Positions 30,266-41,163 of a DNA stretch of 64,000 nt are shown one piece after another. Positions within the stretch are counted from its first letter, which is position 1. Every line of letters begins with the position of its first letter. The notes under the pieces were generated by a model, which did no database searches, was not told where the DNA came from, and saw only the letters and a list, made by a program, of their open reading frames with translations. Source of the stretch: an uncultured Chloroflexia bacterium (GTDB lineage: Bacteria; Chloroflexota; Anaerolineae; B4-G1; SLSP01); the NCBI GenBank assembly GCA_963751345.1, contig CAVVUS010000037.1:1-64000 (forward strand), read 5' to 3'. The position numbers were made by a program, and so were the translations under genes.

Positions 30266-31021
30266 ATGCACATTGACCTGAACTGCGATATGGGCGAGAG
30301 CTTCGGGGAGTATACGCTGGGCGACGACGCAGCCATGCTGGAGCTCGTCTCTTCGGCGAACATCGCCTGTGGCATGCACGCCGGTGACCCGATGGTGATG
30401 CAGCGCACGGTAAGATTGGCGGCAGAGCGCGGTGTTGCGATCGGCGCGCACCCCGGCTATCCGGACCTCCAGGGATTCGGACGGCGTGCCATGGCCTTGA
30501 GCCCCGGAGAGCTGGAAGCGTTTGTGACCTATCAGCTTGGGGCGCTGGCAGGGTTCGCGATGTCCGCCGGTACAGCCATGACCCACGTCAAGCCCCACGG
30601 TACGCTCTACAACATCGCGGCGCGTGACGCCTCTGTGGCCGCCGCCATCGTGGAGGCTATCGTAGCCTATGACCGCAGCCTGATCGTGGTCACACTGCCG
30701 GGATCTGCATTGGCTTTCTCGGCCGAGAGTGAAGGGCTCCGTGTCGCGCGCGAGGGCTTTGCTGATCGTGCCTACCAGGAGAATGGGACCCTCGTGCCGC
30801 GAGGGCAACCCGGCGCCGTGATTCACGACCCGGAGGCTGCCGCCGCCCGCGCCGTGAAGATGGTCGTCGACGGTATGGCGGAGACGATCACAGGAAAGGT
30901 GATCCCCCTGCGCATCGACACGCTCTGCGTTCACGGAGATACACCCAACGCGCCCGAGATCGCGCGCACCCTTCGCCGCGCGCTGCAGGCGGCAGGGGTG
31001 GAGGTCAGGCGCTTGTCGTAG
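30266..31021 (+). CDS. pxpA: 5-oxoprolinase subunit A (LamB/YcsF)
   Basis: IDLNCDMGESFG, SANIACGMHAGDP, HVKPHGTLYN and TLCVHGD motifs. Confidence 0.95.
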   Translation: MHIDLNCDMGESFGEYTLGDDAAMLELVSSANIACGMHAGDPMVMQRTVRLAAERGVAIGAHPGYPDLQGFGRRAMALSPGELEAFVTYQLGALAGFAMSAGTAMTHVKPHGTLYNIAARDASVAAAIVEAIVAYDRSLIVVTLPGSALAFSAESEGLRVAREGFADRAYQENGTLVPRGQPGAVIHDPEAAAARAVKMVVDGMAETITGKVIPLRIDTLCVHGDTPNAPEIARTLRRALQAAGVEVRRLS

Positions 31022-31074
31022 GGCCGAGGTATCCGCGCGACGTTGCTCGCCGATCCAGACAGACGGAGGACATA

Positions 31075-31749
31075 ATGTCCGGCGCAACTACGAATCCCAG
31101 CTACCCCCGGGTTCTGCCCGTGGGCGAGAGCGCCTTTACCGTCGAGTTCGGCGACCGCGTGGATGTCGCACTGAATCGCCGGGTACACACGCTCGACGCC
31201 GCGCTTGCACACGCCGAGATCGACGGCGTGATCGAGTGCGTGCCCTCTTACCGGTCACTGCTCGTCATCTATGACCGGAGTGCCATCGCGGCTGCAGAGC
31301 TGAGGACGGCCCTGCTCACGCTGGCGCAACCGGACCAGCCTGCCGATTCCGAAAGCGCCAATCGTCTGGTAGAGATCCCCGTCCACTACGGTGGTGACGA
31401 TGGCCCGGACCTGGCCAACGTGGCCGAACACTGCGGCCTGACGCCGGCTGATGTCATCCGCCTGCACACCGGAGCTGCTTACCAGGTCGCGATGTTGGGT
31501 TTCGCACCCGGATTCGCATATCTGCTGGGCCTGCCAAGGCGTCTGGCAACGCCGCGGTTGGAGACGCCACGTTTGCGCGTCGTGCCGGGCAGCGTCGGCA
31601 TTGCGGACGACCAGACCGGCGTCTACGCCCTTGGCACCCCCGGCGGCTGGCGCATCATTGGTCGCACCGACCTCGTGCTCTTCGATGCAGATCGGGACGA
31701 TCCCTTCGCCCTGCGTGCGGGCGACCACGTGCGGTTTACGGCAACGTAA
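31075..31749 (+). CDS. pxpB: 5-oxoprolinase subunit B (KipI-like)
   Basis: VPSYRSL, IPVHYG...GPDL, LGFAPGFAYL and PGGWRIIGRT motifs. Confidence 0.93.
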   Translation: MSGATTNPSYPRVLPVGESAFTVEFGDRVDVALNRRVHTLDAALAHAEIDGVIECVPSYRSLLVIYDRSAIAAAELRTALLTLAQPDQPADSESANRLVEIPVHYGGDDGPDLANVAEHCGLTPADVIRLHTGAAYQVAMLGFAPGFAYLLGLPRRLATPRLETPRLRVVPGSVGIADDQTGVYALGTPGGWRIIGRTDLVLFDADRDDPFALRAGDHVRFTAT

Positions 31750-31750
31750 G

Positions 31751-31888
31751 AGAATCGAAGAATGGAAGAATACAGAATGGGAGAACACCGAAATCGTCGG
31801 CGGCAAGGACCGTGTCGGTCCACGGTTGCTTTGGTGATTCTCTGATTCTGCATTCTTCCATTCTTTCATTCCCATACTCCCCGATTCG
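31751..31888. repeat. Inverted arrays of degenerate 7-8-nt tandem repeats
   Basis: AGAATCGA AGAATGGA AGAATAC AGAATGGG AGAACACC, about 45 nt of spacer, then GTGATTCT CTGATTCT GCATTCT TCCATTCT TTCATTCC CATACTCC CCGATTCG. Confidence 0.75.
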
Positions 31889-31890
31889 CC

Positions 31891-32934
31891 ATGCTTGAGA
31901 TACTCGATCCGGGCGCACTGACCACCGTCCAGGACCGGGGGCGTATCGGCTGGGCCCGCTATGGGGTCCCACCATCGGGGCCAATGGACGCCGTGGCCTT
32001 CGCAATCGCCAACCAGCTCGTCGGTAACCCGCCCGATGCGGCGGGGCTGGAGATCACCCTGACGGGGCCCGTGATGCGATCGCAGAGTGACCGACTGATC
32101 GCCGTGTCCGGTGCCGAATTCGTGCTCCGGGTGGACGGACTGACGGTGCCCACCTGGCATGCCATCTTCGTTCGCGCGGGGCAATGGATTCGCTTTGAGA
32201 CACGCCGTGCGGGCGCACGGGCTTATCTCGCCGTTGCGGGAGGCATCGACACTCCCCTCTTCCTTGGCTCGAGGTCGACCTATCTCAGGGGCGGCTTCGG
32301 CGGGCACTTGGGTCGCGCCCTGCAGCGTGGAGATCGGCTTTCCATTGGTCCAAGCACATGGGCGGCCACCGCCGCGACGCTATTCGATCGTGCGGGCACC
32401 GCCTGGCCCACAGCCACGCGTCCCGTCTATGCAAAGCCTCCGACGCTGCAAGTCGTGCTGGGTCCTCAGGATGATCACTTCACGGCAGGAGCCTTGGCGA
32501 AGCTGCTGGACAGCCCCTATACTCTGACGTCCGCGGCCGATCGGATGGGCATCCGCCTGGCCGGCCCCAGGTTGGAGCACGCCCGGCGTCCCGATGGGTC
32601 ATCCGCAGATGGCATCGTCTCCGACGGCATCGTGACCGGCTGCATCCAGGTCCCGCCGGACGGTCAACCCATCGTGATGATGGTTGACCACCAGACGACG
32701 GGTGGCTATCCGAAGATCGCGACGGTCATAGAAGCCGATCTACCTTCGTTGGCGCAGTGTCTGCCCGGTGACGTGGTGAGATTCACGACGGTCGACGTGA
32801 AGCGAAGCATAGCAGAGTGCGAAGTGACTGCCGTCGGATATCCGATCCAACGTCACAGTGACTCCTCATCCCGGCCCACCATAGCGCGCACTACCTCGCC
32901 CACGTACATCCTGTGGAAGTCACGAGCCGGATAG
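31891..32934 (+). CDS. pxpC: 5-oxoprolinase subunit C (KipA-like); true stop probably near 32830 (3' frameshift)
   Basis: TTVQDRGR, GVPPSGPMD, GARAYLAVAGG, DRMGIRL and QTTGGYPKIA motifs. Confidence 0.92.
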   Translation: MLEILDPGALTTVQDRGRIGWARYGVPPSGPMDAVAFAIANQLVGNPPDAAGLEITLTGPVMRSQSDRLIAVSGAEFVLRVDGLTVPTWHAIFVRAGQWIRFETRRAGARAYLAVAGGIDTPLFLGSRSTYLRGGFGGHLGRALQRGDRLSIGPSTWAATAATLFDRAGTAWPTATRPVYAKPPTLQVVLGPQDDHFTAGALAKLLDSPYTLTSAADRMGIRLAGPRLEHARRPDGSSADGIVSDGIVTGCIQVPPDGQPIVMMVDHQTTGGYPKIATVIEADLPSLAQCLPGDVVRFTTVDVKRSIAECEVTAVGYPIQRHSDSSSRPTIARTTSPTYILWKSRAG

Positions 32935-33390
32935 TGAGCCTCGACAAGCGCCGGATTGATGAACTTGGCTTCCTCAAGATCCTGGGCGTAGAGCTTACGG
33001 CAGACCAAGACCAGGCGAGCCTGGTCAAAGTAGACGGCACCGGTCGGGTCGACCACAGGCGTGAGCCCGGTCGCCGCCGCCTTATCTCCCTCGCGCCCGG
33101 AGTGGCTGCCACAGTAGTCCAGAATGCCGCGGTGCTCGGAACCGTAGAAGGTCAGGCTGTAGTGGTCGTGCTGCTCCATGAAGCCGAAAGTGTAGCGCTG
33201 CGGGCGCACGAAGCAGAACGCGACCAGGCGTCCCCACAGAATGCCCATCCCACCCCAGCTTGCCGTCATTGTATTGAACCCACCGGCGTCCCCGGCCGTG
33301 ATCAGCATCCACTCTTTGCCGATCAGTCTTGAAGACATTATCGGTCAGTTGCTCGGGATCGATGGTGATAAAGCGTGGCTCAACAGGCAT
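32853..33390 (-). CDS. Flavin reductase-like protein; frameshift near 33338
   Basis: IGKEWMLITAG...FNTMTASWGGMG.LW, FVRPQRYT, CGSHSGR..DK and HRMYVGE motifs. Confidence 0.85.
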
Positions 33391-33412
33391 AGCAGGCCTC
33401 CTTTGCTGGATA

Positions 33413-34354
33413 CTACCTTCTGCTCTCCGTCCGTGACATCCCCAGCCGGCGACCCACCAGGTAGAAAAGCGGGCGCGGGATGAAAGCAGCCACTGATGCC
33501 AGCGTGCGGTAACCCAAGCCCGGCACCGAGATCGGACGATCGCGACGCAGGTCGCGGAGCGAGCCGGCGACCACCACTTCAGGCGACATCCACAGGAAGT
33601 CGGGGATGTTGAGTGCCTCGATGTCCGCGGTGCCCTGAAGCTCAGTCAGGACAAACCCGGGACAAAGCGACTGCGCCCGCACTCCCGTGCCGATCAGTTC
33701 CTGATGCAGCGCCTCGGTGAAAGCCCGCAGGTAGCACTTGGTTCCGGCATAGGTGGAGCTGCCGTACAACGGGTAAAACGCCATCAACGACGATACGTTG
33801 ACCACCGCGCCACGCGCCTGCGCCAGCATCCCGGGCAGCGCAGCCCGCGTCAGGCGGACTACGGTCTCGATGTGAAGCCGGATCATATCCAGGTGGCGGT
33901 TGATGTCGCCCTGGACAAAGGGACCGGCCAGACCAAAGCCGGCGTTGTTGACGAGTAGACTGAGGTTATCAGTCGCGGCGATGACCTGCTCGGTCAAAGT
34001 AACGCCGGCCTCCGTTGCCAAGTCTGCCTGCACCACGGTGGCCTTGATGCCGTAGGCCTCCGACAACTCCGAGGCCAATGCCTCCAGCCGCTCGCGACGC
34101 CGTGCAACGAGGATCACATCGTAGCCCAGCCCGGCCAGCTCGGTCGCATAGGCCAGGCCAATGCCGCTGGACGCCCCTGTGATCAGGGCTGACAGAGCCT
34201 GGGCAGTCGGAGCTTCTGAGGGTCGGAGGACGGGCGAGGTGCGGCGCGCCTGCGCGCGGCGCCACCAGCTCAGTCCCGCGAGAGCGCCGGCGATGAGCCC
34301 GGCCCCTAACCCCAGCCATTGCTCATGATCGCCGCAGCATTGTTGTTCGGTCAC
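33413..34354 (-). CDS. SDR oxidoreductase with N-terminal membrane anchor
   Basis: ALITGASSGIG, LVNNAGFG, YAGTK and LCPGFV.TE motifs. Confidence 0.88.
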   Translation of the reverse strand: MTEQQCCGDHEQWLGLGAGLIAGALAGLSWWRRAQARRTSPVLRPSEAPTAQALSALITGASSGIGLAYATELAGLGYDVILVARRRERLEALASELSEAYGIKATVVQADLATEAGVTLTEQVIAATDNLSLLVNNAGFGLAGPFVQGDINRHLDMIRLHIETVVRLTRAALPGMLAQARGAVVNVSSLMAFYPLYGSSTYAGTKCYLRAFTEALHQELIGTGVRAQSLCPGFVLTELQGTADIEALNIPDFLWMSPEVVVAGSLRDLRRDRPISVPGLGYRTLASVAAFIPRPLFYLVGRRLGMSRTESRR

Positions 34355-34559
34355 GTATCTCTCCCTTGTTCGCGAGTTCTTCACCGGGTAGGCCCCGTCG
34401 CGATATCGCGCCATTATAACGCGGAACGGGCCAAACAAGAGTTACAGGTGTTTGGCGAGATACGCCTCACAGAAATCACGTGGATGGATATCCCGCAAGC
34501 TCAAGAGTGCGTTGGCAAACACGTGGACTTGGTGCAGCTCCGCCACCGAGTGAATGCGG

Positions 34560-35928
34560 TCAATGACCATCTTCTACTTTTCGTACGACGCTCAGCGCCA
34601 GATCTTCCATGAAGAGCGGAGTCCCGACCCTCTTGCCCCCACCCGGATGCTGCGCTACGACCTCGGTGCGGAGAATCCGACCATCGGCGGGATTGATCCA
34701 CGTTAACTCGTAGCTCCCGGCAGGGCAGGGCCACGGTGAGGTCGATCCGCGATCCCTCTCCCCAGAGGTAAATGGCGTACTGCTTACCGGGCTCTGCGAG
34801 CGCCGCAGCATGAAGGCCGGGATTGTTCCACCGCAGCACCGCATCCGGGCAGGGAGCCATGGGGACCAGGTCAAAGCCATCGAGGAAGCGCTTCAGCACA
34901 CCGAGCTGTGCGCGCCACGCAGGGCCACCGTGACCCGGTGTCTCGTCGACGATGGATGCCGTCCCATCAGGGTGATCGACCGAGAACGTGTAATCCAGGT
35001 GGCTGAAGATCCCACCGCCGCTCAGCATAAAGGCCCAGGCCTCCATCCGGTAGGGCGAATCGGTCGAGCCCTTGAAGCCGGTCTCATCGTCCGAGACCAC
35101 CCGGTCCAGGTGATAGTTCCACGCGACCGCTTCGGGCATGGCATAGTGGAAATTGAGGATCGAGACGTCGGGGTGCGGGTTCCGAATACGCCGGACGTGA
35201 TTCTGGTAGTTGATGGCGATCAGGTGCCGGTTGGGCAGCGCCTTCTCTGCCTCGGCGAGCACGTCGACGAGGTGGTGCTGCCAGTCGAGGAAGACGCCGC
35301 CGTCGTGAAACGAGTAGATCTCGTTGGCGATCTCGTAATAGACGTTATCGAAGCGCGTTGAGCTCTTCCGCGACCTTGCGGGTAAACGCCTCTTGATAGG
35401 CGAGCAGCTTGGGGTTGTCGAGGCTGAAAATGCCATTGCGGTCCTCGATGGTCAGCCCATTTACGTTGTTGCCGGGGTGCATCGGGCTGGCGCGCCACAG
35501 CTCATCGGTGTACATAAAGCAGAAGAGCACGTACTCCACCACGATGCCGCGCGTGCCCGCCTCTGTGACGAAGTCGCGCAGACGCTGCCAATAGGCATCG
35601 TCCCATTGTCCCAGATCCCACTTCACGGGTTCCCCGTCCGGCCCCCGCTCGACACAGCGCCAAGGGCAGACGAAGCGCTCGGGCGCTTGGGGCCATCGTG
35701 TTGTTCTGGATGAGATGGCTGCCCGGCAGCTCGCGGTACGTACCGCTGAAGAGTCGCGTCAGGTTGAAGCCGCCCTTGGCGAGCGCATCGAAGTAACTTA
35801 GGTAGTCGAAGTCCAGATTCATCACGCCGCCGTAATGCTCGCCGGACGTGATCAGAACCGTCGGCTTCATCGCGAAACAGCAGGTAATGCGGGTTTCCCG
35901 GGTGCAGAGAAAGAACTGAAGAGGGCAT
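34560..35928 (-). CDS. GH5-like TIM-barrel putative glycoside hydrolase (about 4 frameshifts)
   Basis: LHPGNPHYL.F, KWDLGQWDDAYWQRLRDFV..A..RGIVVE, NVYYEIANE and VSDDETGF motifs spread across ORFs 35623, 35502, 35345, 34501 and 34560. Confidence 0.6.
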
Positions 35929-36135
35929 CCATACCTCCTGGTAATCTAGGCGAGAGCTTAGTAGACCATTAGGGCTTCAACAATCCTGTAATCTATTCAA
36001 GGATGACCTGTGTCCCATACGGATCGCTAGATGCAACAGTGCCTCCAATCAAGGTGATTGTACTCGGTGATACCCGGTCTGTGAAGTAATGAACTGGAGG
36101 GTTCTCAACCATGAACCATTGTGTGTTCAGCCACA

Positions 36136-37135
36136 CTATGGCGTTCCCATAGTGTAGATCGACAACGTTCCTTGGGAGGGCTGATCGGTTAGGGCAATCT
36201 GATACGGCCCCGGCGGAAGGAGTTCCTCAAACTGGGAGCGATCCCTGGTCGCCGTATAGCCCTCGGCATGGATCAACAGATGGTCGTAGCCATCTGGGCC
36301 GAGGAGCCGAACGTCGAAGTAATCGGAGTCGATATCCTGGACAAGCAGATAGATGCCGACACGGGTCGGCCTGTCGAGTGCGAAAGCATATGCAGCAGAC
36401 CGAGTCAGCGCGCCCTGTGACAGATCGATGGTCGCAACCTGTTCGTAGCCCTGGGGTGGCTGAAACGGATCGGCCCTGGGCGCCGCCAACCGGAAGCCGT
36501 TGGCACCGAAAGCTACGAGTCCACAAAGCGCGAAAACACCCGCGATCATGCCCAAGGTCTTGCGCACGCCTGGCGTGATGATATCCCGATCGACTTTGCG
36601 ATAGAGCTCAACCTCATGCCGGATACCCTCAATCTTCGCAAGATAAAGCCGCCAGCCACCGAGGTAGATCAGCAGGGCTGCACCCACGACCCACAGGGGG
36701 TGCAGCCCTGTGTTTCTGAGGAAATTGGTGACGTCATCGCCGGGTGCCTGTCCGCCCAAATACACCAAGGGCAGTACGACCCATGCCAGGAGCGTGTTCA
36801 GGAAGACCAGTGTGCCGGTCGTCTTGACCGTCTCAAGGGCGAAATTCGCCCGTTTGGGGACGACCAACATGAAACCAAACCACACCAACAGCGGCAAGGC
36901 CACCCCGGCGACGTTATTGGCGACGGTCTCTGCAGGCGTAAGGTCACCGACCATGCCAACATGGGCGCCAAGATCCAGGAAGCTCACACTGAAACCCGTG
37001 ATCGTGGCACCTGAGGCCAAGCCGACCAGGGCGTGCCCACCCTCGTGCAGAAACGTGTATGTAAAGACGACAAACACCGCCACGAACAACAGAAGTAGCA
37101 CCTTCTGTACCTGTGACTGGACTCGATGAGGTCAT
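36136..37135 (-). CDS. M50-like membrane metallopeptidase; 5' frameshift near 37125
   Basis: TFLHEGGHAL (HExxH), several TM helices and GDD motif. Confidence 0.7.
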
Positions 37136-37310
37136 GGATTAGTCCTTTCCACGCTCACAAGAATGCGCACATTATACACGCCGACTTGCACTTCTGAGGT
37201 CGGTCCGCCGAGACGGTGGTGCCTCCCCCGGATTTGACCGGTGCAGTCGTGGCGCTATGCTTGTACGCGAAAGTCGATCTGTCAATAGACCAAGCTCAGG
37301 AGATCTGCAT

Positions 37311-39062
37311 ATGCCAGACACACCCAGACCCGAGTACCCGCGTCCGCAGTTCGTGCGCGATGAATGGATCAACCTCAACGGCCCGTGGGACTACGCCTTC
37401 GACTTCGGCAAGTCGGGGCGGGAGCGCAGCTTTCAAACCCGATCGAACTTCGCGGACCTGCCCGACAGCGGCACGATTACCGTGCCCTTCTGCCCCGAGA
37501 GCAAGCTCTCCGGGGTGGCACACACCGACTTCATCGAGATGATGTGGTACCACCGCAAGCTCGCGGTGCCCGCTACGTGGGCCGGAAAACGCGTCGTGCT
37601 CCACTTCGGCGGCGTTGACTACGAGTGCGAGGTCTTCATCGATGGCGTATCCGTCGGTCGTCATTGGGGCGGCACGGTGGCCTTCGCCTTCGACGTCACT
37701 GCGAATGTCACGCCCGGTCAGACCCACGACCTGGTCGTCTACGTGCGCGACGAGGTCCGCTCGCGCGTTCAGCCCGGCGGCAAGCAGTGCCATGCCTACC
37801 GCTCCTATGGCTGTCTCTATACCCGTACGACCGGGATCTGGCAGACGGTGTGGATGGAGGCGGTGCCGGAGTTCGGCCTCAGGGATGTTCAGATCATTCC
37901 GGACCTAGACAACGCGAGTTTCGTCGTCGTGCCCACGTTCTTCGCCGAGAAGCAGGGCCTGAAGCTCCGCGCGACGGTGCTGGCCGATGGCGAGGTGGTC
38001 GACCAGCGGACGCTGGCTGCCGGCAGCGGCCTGCCCTATGTACTTCCTGTAGGGAACCCGCGACCGTGGTCTCCTGCCGATCCCTTCCTCTACGATCTCG
38101 TCTTCGAGGTCGTCGACGGCGATGCCGTTCTCGACCGCGTCGGGAGCTATGCGGGCTTGCGCAAGATCCACATCGAGGGCAACCACGTCTACCTCAACAA
38201 CCAGTCCTTCTACCTGCGCCTGGTGCTCGATCAAGGTTTCTACCCCGACGGCATCTGGACCGCTCCCACCGACGAGGCGCTCAAGCACGATATCGAGCTG
38301 TCGATGGCGGCAGGCTTCAACGGTGCCCGCCTGCACCAGAAGGTCTTCGAGCCGCGCTTCCACTACTGGGCGGACAAACTGGGTTACCTGACCTGGGGCG
38401 AGTCGTCGAGCTGGGGGATGGACATCACGGACGAGGTCAGCGCGCGCAACTTCCTGGCGGAGTGGCGCGAGATCGTGACACGGGATCGAAATCACCCGTC
38501 GATCATCGCCTGGACCCCTTTCAACGAAACACGGGGCGGGGCCGGCAATCCCCAACACGCGCGGCTGCACATCGATGCTTACGAGCTCTGTCACGACCTG
38601 GATCCCACCCGGCCCGTCAACGACGCCAGCGGCTACGTCCACGTCAGAACGGATCTGTGGACCGTACACACCTACAACCAGAATCCCGACGCGCTGCGCG
38701 ATCAGCTCAGGCCTGACGCGGAGACCGGCGTCTGGCGCAACTACCCGGATTTCGAGGTGCCCTATTCCGGACAGCCCTACATCGTCGACGAATTCGGTGG
38801 CATCAAGTGGATTCCCAAAGCCGAGCTCGTCTTCGCCGAGGACTCGTGGGGCTATGGCGAGGATCCCAAGACACTGGAGGAGTTCTACGCGCGCCTCGAG
38901 GGGCTGGTCGACGCTGTCCTAAGCTACGATCATATCTGCGGCTACTGCTACACTCAGTTGACAGACATCGAGCAGGAACAGAACGGAGTCTACAACTACG
39001 ACCGCTCTGAGAAGTTTGATATGAAACGCATCTCTGCTGCGTTCCGAAGGCAGAAAGAGTAG
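37311..39062 (+). CDS. GH2 glycoside hydrolase (beta-galactosidase/glucuronidase-like)
   Basis: PRPEYPRPQ, LHFGGVDY, TGIWQTVW.E, LDQGFYPDG, NHPSIIAW.PFNE and DEFGG motifs. Confidence 0.92.
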   Translation: MPDTPRPEYPRPQFVRDEWINLNGPWDYAFDFGKSGRERSFQTRSNFADLPDSGTITVPFCPESKLSGVAHTDFIEMMWYHRKLAVPATWAGKRVVLHFGGVDYECEVFIDGVSVGRHWGGTVAFAFDVTANVTPGQTHDLVVYVRDEVRSRVQPGGKQCHAYRSYGCLYTRTTGIWQTVWMEAVPEFGLRDVQIIPDLDNASFVVVPTFFAEKQGLKLRATVLADGEVVDQRTLAAGSGLPYVLPVGNPRPWSPADPFLYDLVFEVVDGDAVLDRVGSYAGLRKIHIEGNHVYLNNQSFYLRLVLDQGFYPDGIWTAPTDEALKHDIELSMAAGFNGARLHQKVFEPRFHYWADKLGYLTWGESSSWGMDITDEVSARNFLAEWREIVTRDRNHPSIIAWTPFNETRGGAGNPQHARLHIDAYELCHDLDPTRPVNDASGYVHVRTDLWTVHTYNQNPDALRDQLRPDAETGVWRNYPDFEVPYSGQPYIVDEFGGIKWIPKAELVFAEDSWGYGEDPKTLEEFYARLEGLVDAVLSYDHICGYCYTQLTDIEQEQNGVYNYDRSEKFDMKRISAAFRRQKE

Positions 39063-39072
39063 GGAGCGAGCG

Positions 39073-39109
39073 ACCGGGGGCTGGGGCAAGTCCTGCCCCA
39101 GCCCCCGGT
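39073..39109. terminator. Perfect 16-bp hairpin between convergent genes
   Basis: ACCGGGGGCTGGGGCA-AGTCC-TGCCCCAGCCCCCGGT. Confidence 0.7.
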
Positions 39110-39127
39110 TCCGAGTCAGTGACGGTC

Positions 39128-40141
39128 CTACGGCAACATCGCGCCGATCACGGCGAGCTGCTGCCTCATAGCCTCCAGCCGCCGCGAGACCACGCTCAAC
39201 ATCGCCTCAGCCACATCCTCGTGGGCCCGGGGGCTTTCCAACCTGACCTTCTCGACCCATTCGGCTGGCAACGCCCCAACGCCTCGATATGCACCGGCTA
39301 AGGCGCCGGCCATCGAGGCGATCGTGTCGGCGTCCCGTCCGAAGTTCGCGCCGTAGAAAATCGCCCGCTGCGGATCCCCTCCCGCGAGGTAGAACAACGA
39401 CAGCGCCACCGGGACGGTTTCGCGCGCATCTGGGATGGCGATTTCGGGCAGAATCCGCTCTGCGTAATAGGTGGCCCGGAATGCGGCATAGTCCGCAGTT
39501 TCCCTTGCCAACGCCAGCGTTGCCGCGATATAGTGGCGCATCACGTGCGCGCTACGGGGCGGCAGGTAGAGTGATGCCGCATCGAGCACCGAGTCCACAG
39601 TCGCCTGTGGATGTAGCGCCGCTGCGACGGCAGCCGCCATCGCGCAGGCTGCGTCACGGGAGAAGTTGTGGTGGATCAACGAGGCCACCTCGAATGTCTC
39701 CAGAGCCGCCTGACGTGGATTGCCTGCGTTGATAATACCCATCGGCGAGATACACATAGCCGAACTGCTGCTAGCCATATTGCCCCGCCCGGCCTCCCGG
39801 GGTGCGACGTTCTCGGCCCGGATCTTCCAGAAGCCATTCATCACCGGAATCCAGAAGAGATGGCGCTTGATGAACATATCCTGCTGAGCCAACCACTCAT
39901 CCGCCCAGATGTCCGCAGTGGGATAGCCCTCGCCGCGCACGATAGCGTCACAGAGAATGTGTTTGAGTGCCGAATCATCGGTACCATAGCCGGAAAAATC
40001 GGTGATCTCGCCAAAGAGCTCCTCGATCTGCTGATACGTCTTCCCCTCCGCGGGTGCACCCATAGCGTCTCCAATCTCCCCACCATAGAGACACCCCAAG
40101 ACATGTTCGTAGAGCGCGCGTTTCGATAGCGACATCATCAC
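39128..40141 (-). CDS. ADP-ribosylglycohydrolase family protein
   Basis: GCLYGGEIGDAMGAP.E, GTDDS and ANFGRDADTIASMAGALAGA motifs. Confidence 0.9.
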   Translation of the reverse strand: MMMSLSKRALYEHVLGCLYGGEIGDAMGAPAEGKTYQQIEELFGEITDFSGYGTDDSALKHILCDAIVRGEGYPTADIWADEWLAQQDMFIKRHLFWIPVMNGFWKIRAENVAPREAGRGNMASSSSAMCISPMGIINAGNPRQAALETFEVASLIHHNFSRDAACAMAAAVAAALHPQATVDSVLDAASLYLPPRSAHVMRHYIAATLALARETADYAAFRATYYAERILPEIAIPDARETVPVALSLFYLAGGDPQRAIFYGANFGRDADTIASMAGALAGAYRGVGALPAEWVEKVRLESPRAHEDVAEAMLSVVSRRLEAMRQQLAVIGAMLP

Positions 40142-40326
40142 CTCCTGCCTTGCGGCGGATCAATCTGCTCTCTGAGCTCGGGCCTGAGTATAGACAAGAA
40201 ATGGGCATGGTGCCAGGCAGTACCTGGGTACGATTGCCAATTCGGCGCCCAGGTGTACAAACGAACTCGTCCTCGGTCGCTGATCGCGGACACGAACGAA
40301 GGAAAATCGCCCTGGGAGATGGGAAT

Positions 40327-41160
40327 ATGCACTTTGACGCACACCAACACTTCTGGCACTACTCAGCGGACGCATACCAATGGATCACGTCGGGGATCTT
40401 GGCGCAGGACTACCTGCCCGTAGATCTCAAGCCGCTGCTCGACGCGGCCGGGTTTGATGGCACCGTCGCAGTTCAGGCGCGATCGACCTGGGAAGAAACG
40501 CGATGGCTATTGACCTTGGCGGAGCGCAATCCCTGGATCGTGGGCGTGGTAGGATGGGCCGACCTCTGCGCGCCGGATCTCGCGGAGCAGTTGGAATACT
40601 TTGCGACGTATCCGGCATTCTGCGGCGTGCGTTGCGATATTGAAACCGAGCCGGGCTCGACGGAGATGCCCTGTCCTAACTTTCTGCAGGGCATGGAAGT
40701 CCTCACGGCCTCAGACCTAACCTTCGACCTCTTGATCCGTCAGGACCAACTCCGACTGGCCTGCCGGCTGGCCGAGTCAGCCCCGGAGCAGCGGCTGATC
40801 CTGGACCACATCGCCAAGCCACCGATTGCAGAACAGGTCATGGAGCCGTGGGCCACCGAGATCCGCGACCTGGCCGCCAATCCGAACGTCGCCTGCAAGG
40901 TCTCGGGCATGGTCACGGAAGCAAGCCGCGGCGGCCTTCACCCCGCGGACTTCCGACCTTACCTGGACGTCGTTTTCGATGCCTTTGGCCCCGAACGCTT
41001 GATGATCGGTTCCGACTGGCCGGTCTGCCTTCAGGCCGCGTCGTACGACACGACGATGCAGATCGTCGCTACCTACATCACCTCTCTGGCGGACGATGCA
41101 CAGGCGGCCGTTCTCGGAGGCACGGCCATCGAATGGTACAAGCTGGCCGTGGACGTCTAA
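40327..41160 (+). CDS. Amidohydrolase, L-fuconolactonase-like
   Basis: DAHQHFW, VAVQA, GVVGW.DL, ILDHIAKP, CKVSGMVTEA and FGPERLMIGSDWPVC motifs. Confidence 0.85.
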   Translation: MHFDAHQHFWHYSADAYQWITSGILAQDYLPVDLKPLLDAAGFDGTVAVQARSTWEETRWLLTLAERNPWIVGVVGWADLCAPDLAEQLEYFATYPAFCGVRCDIETEPGSTEMPCPNFLQGMEVLTASDLTFDLLIRQDQLRLACRLAESAPEQRLILDHIAKPPIAEQVMEPWATEIRDLAANPNVACKVSGMVTEASRGGLHPADFRPYLDVVFDAFGPERLMIGSDWPVCLQAASYDTTMQIVATYITSLADDAQAAVLGGTAIEWYKLAVDV

Positions 41161-41163
41161 TCT

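Noticed and set aside
31751-31888. CRISPR array
   Set aside because: Units are 7-8 nt, degenerate and without spacers; no cas genes.
32853-32934. Genuine 82-nt convergent overlap of pxpC and the flavin reductase gene
   Set aside because: More simply explained by a frameshift near 32800 extending pxpC.
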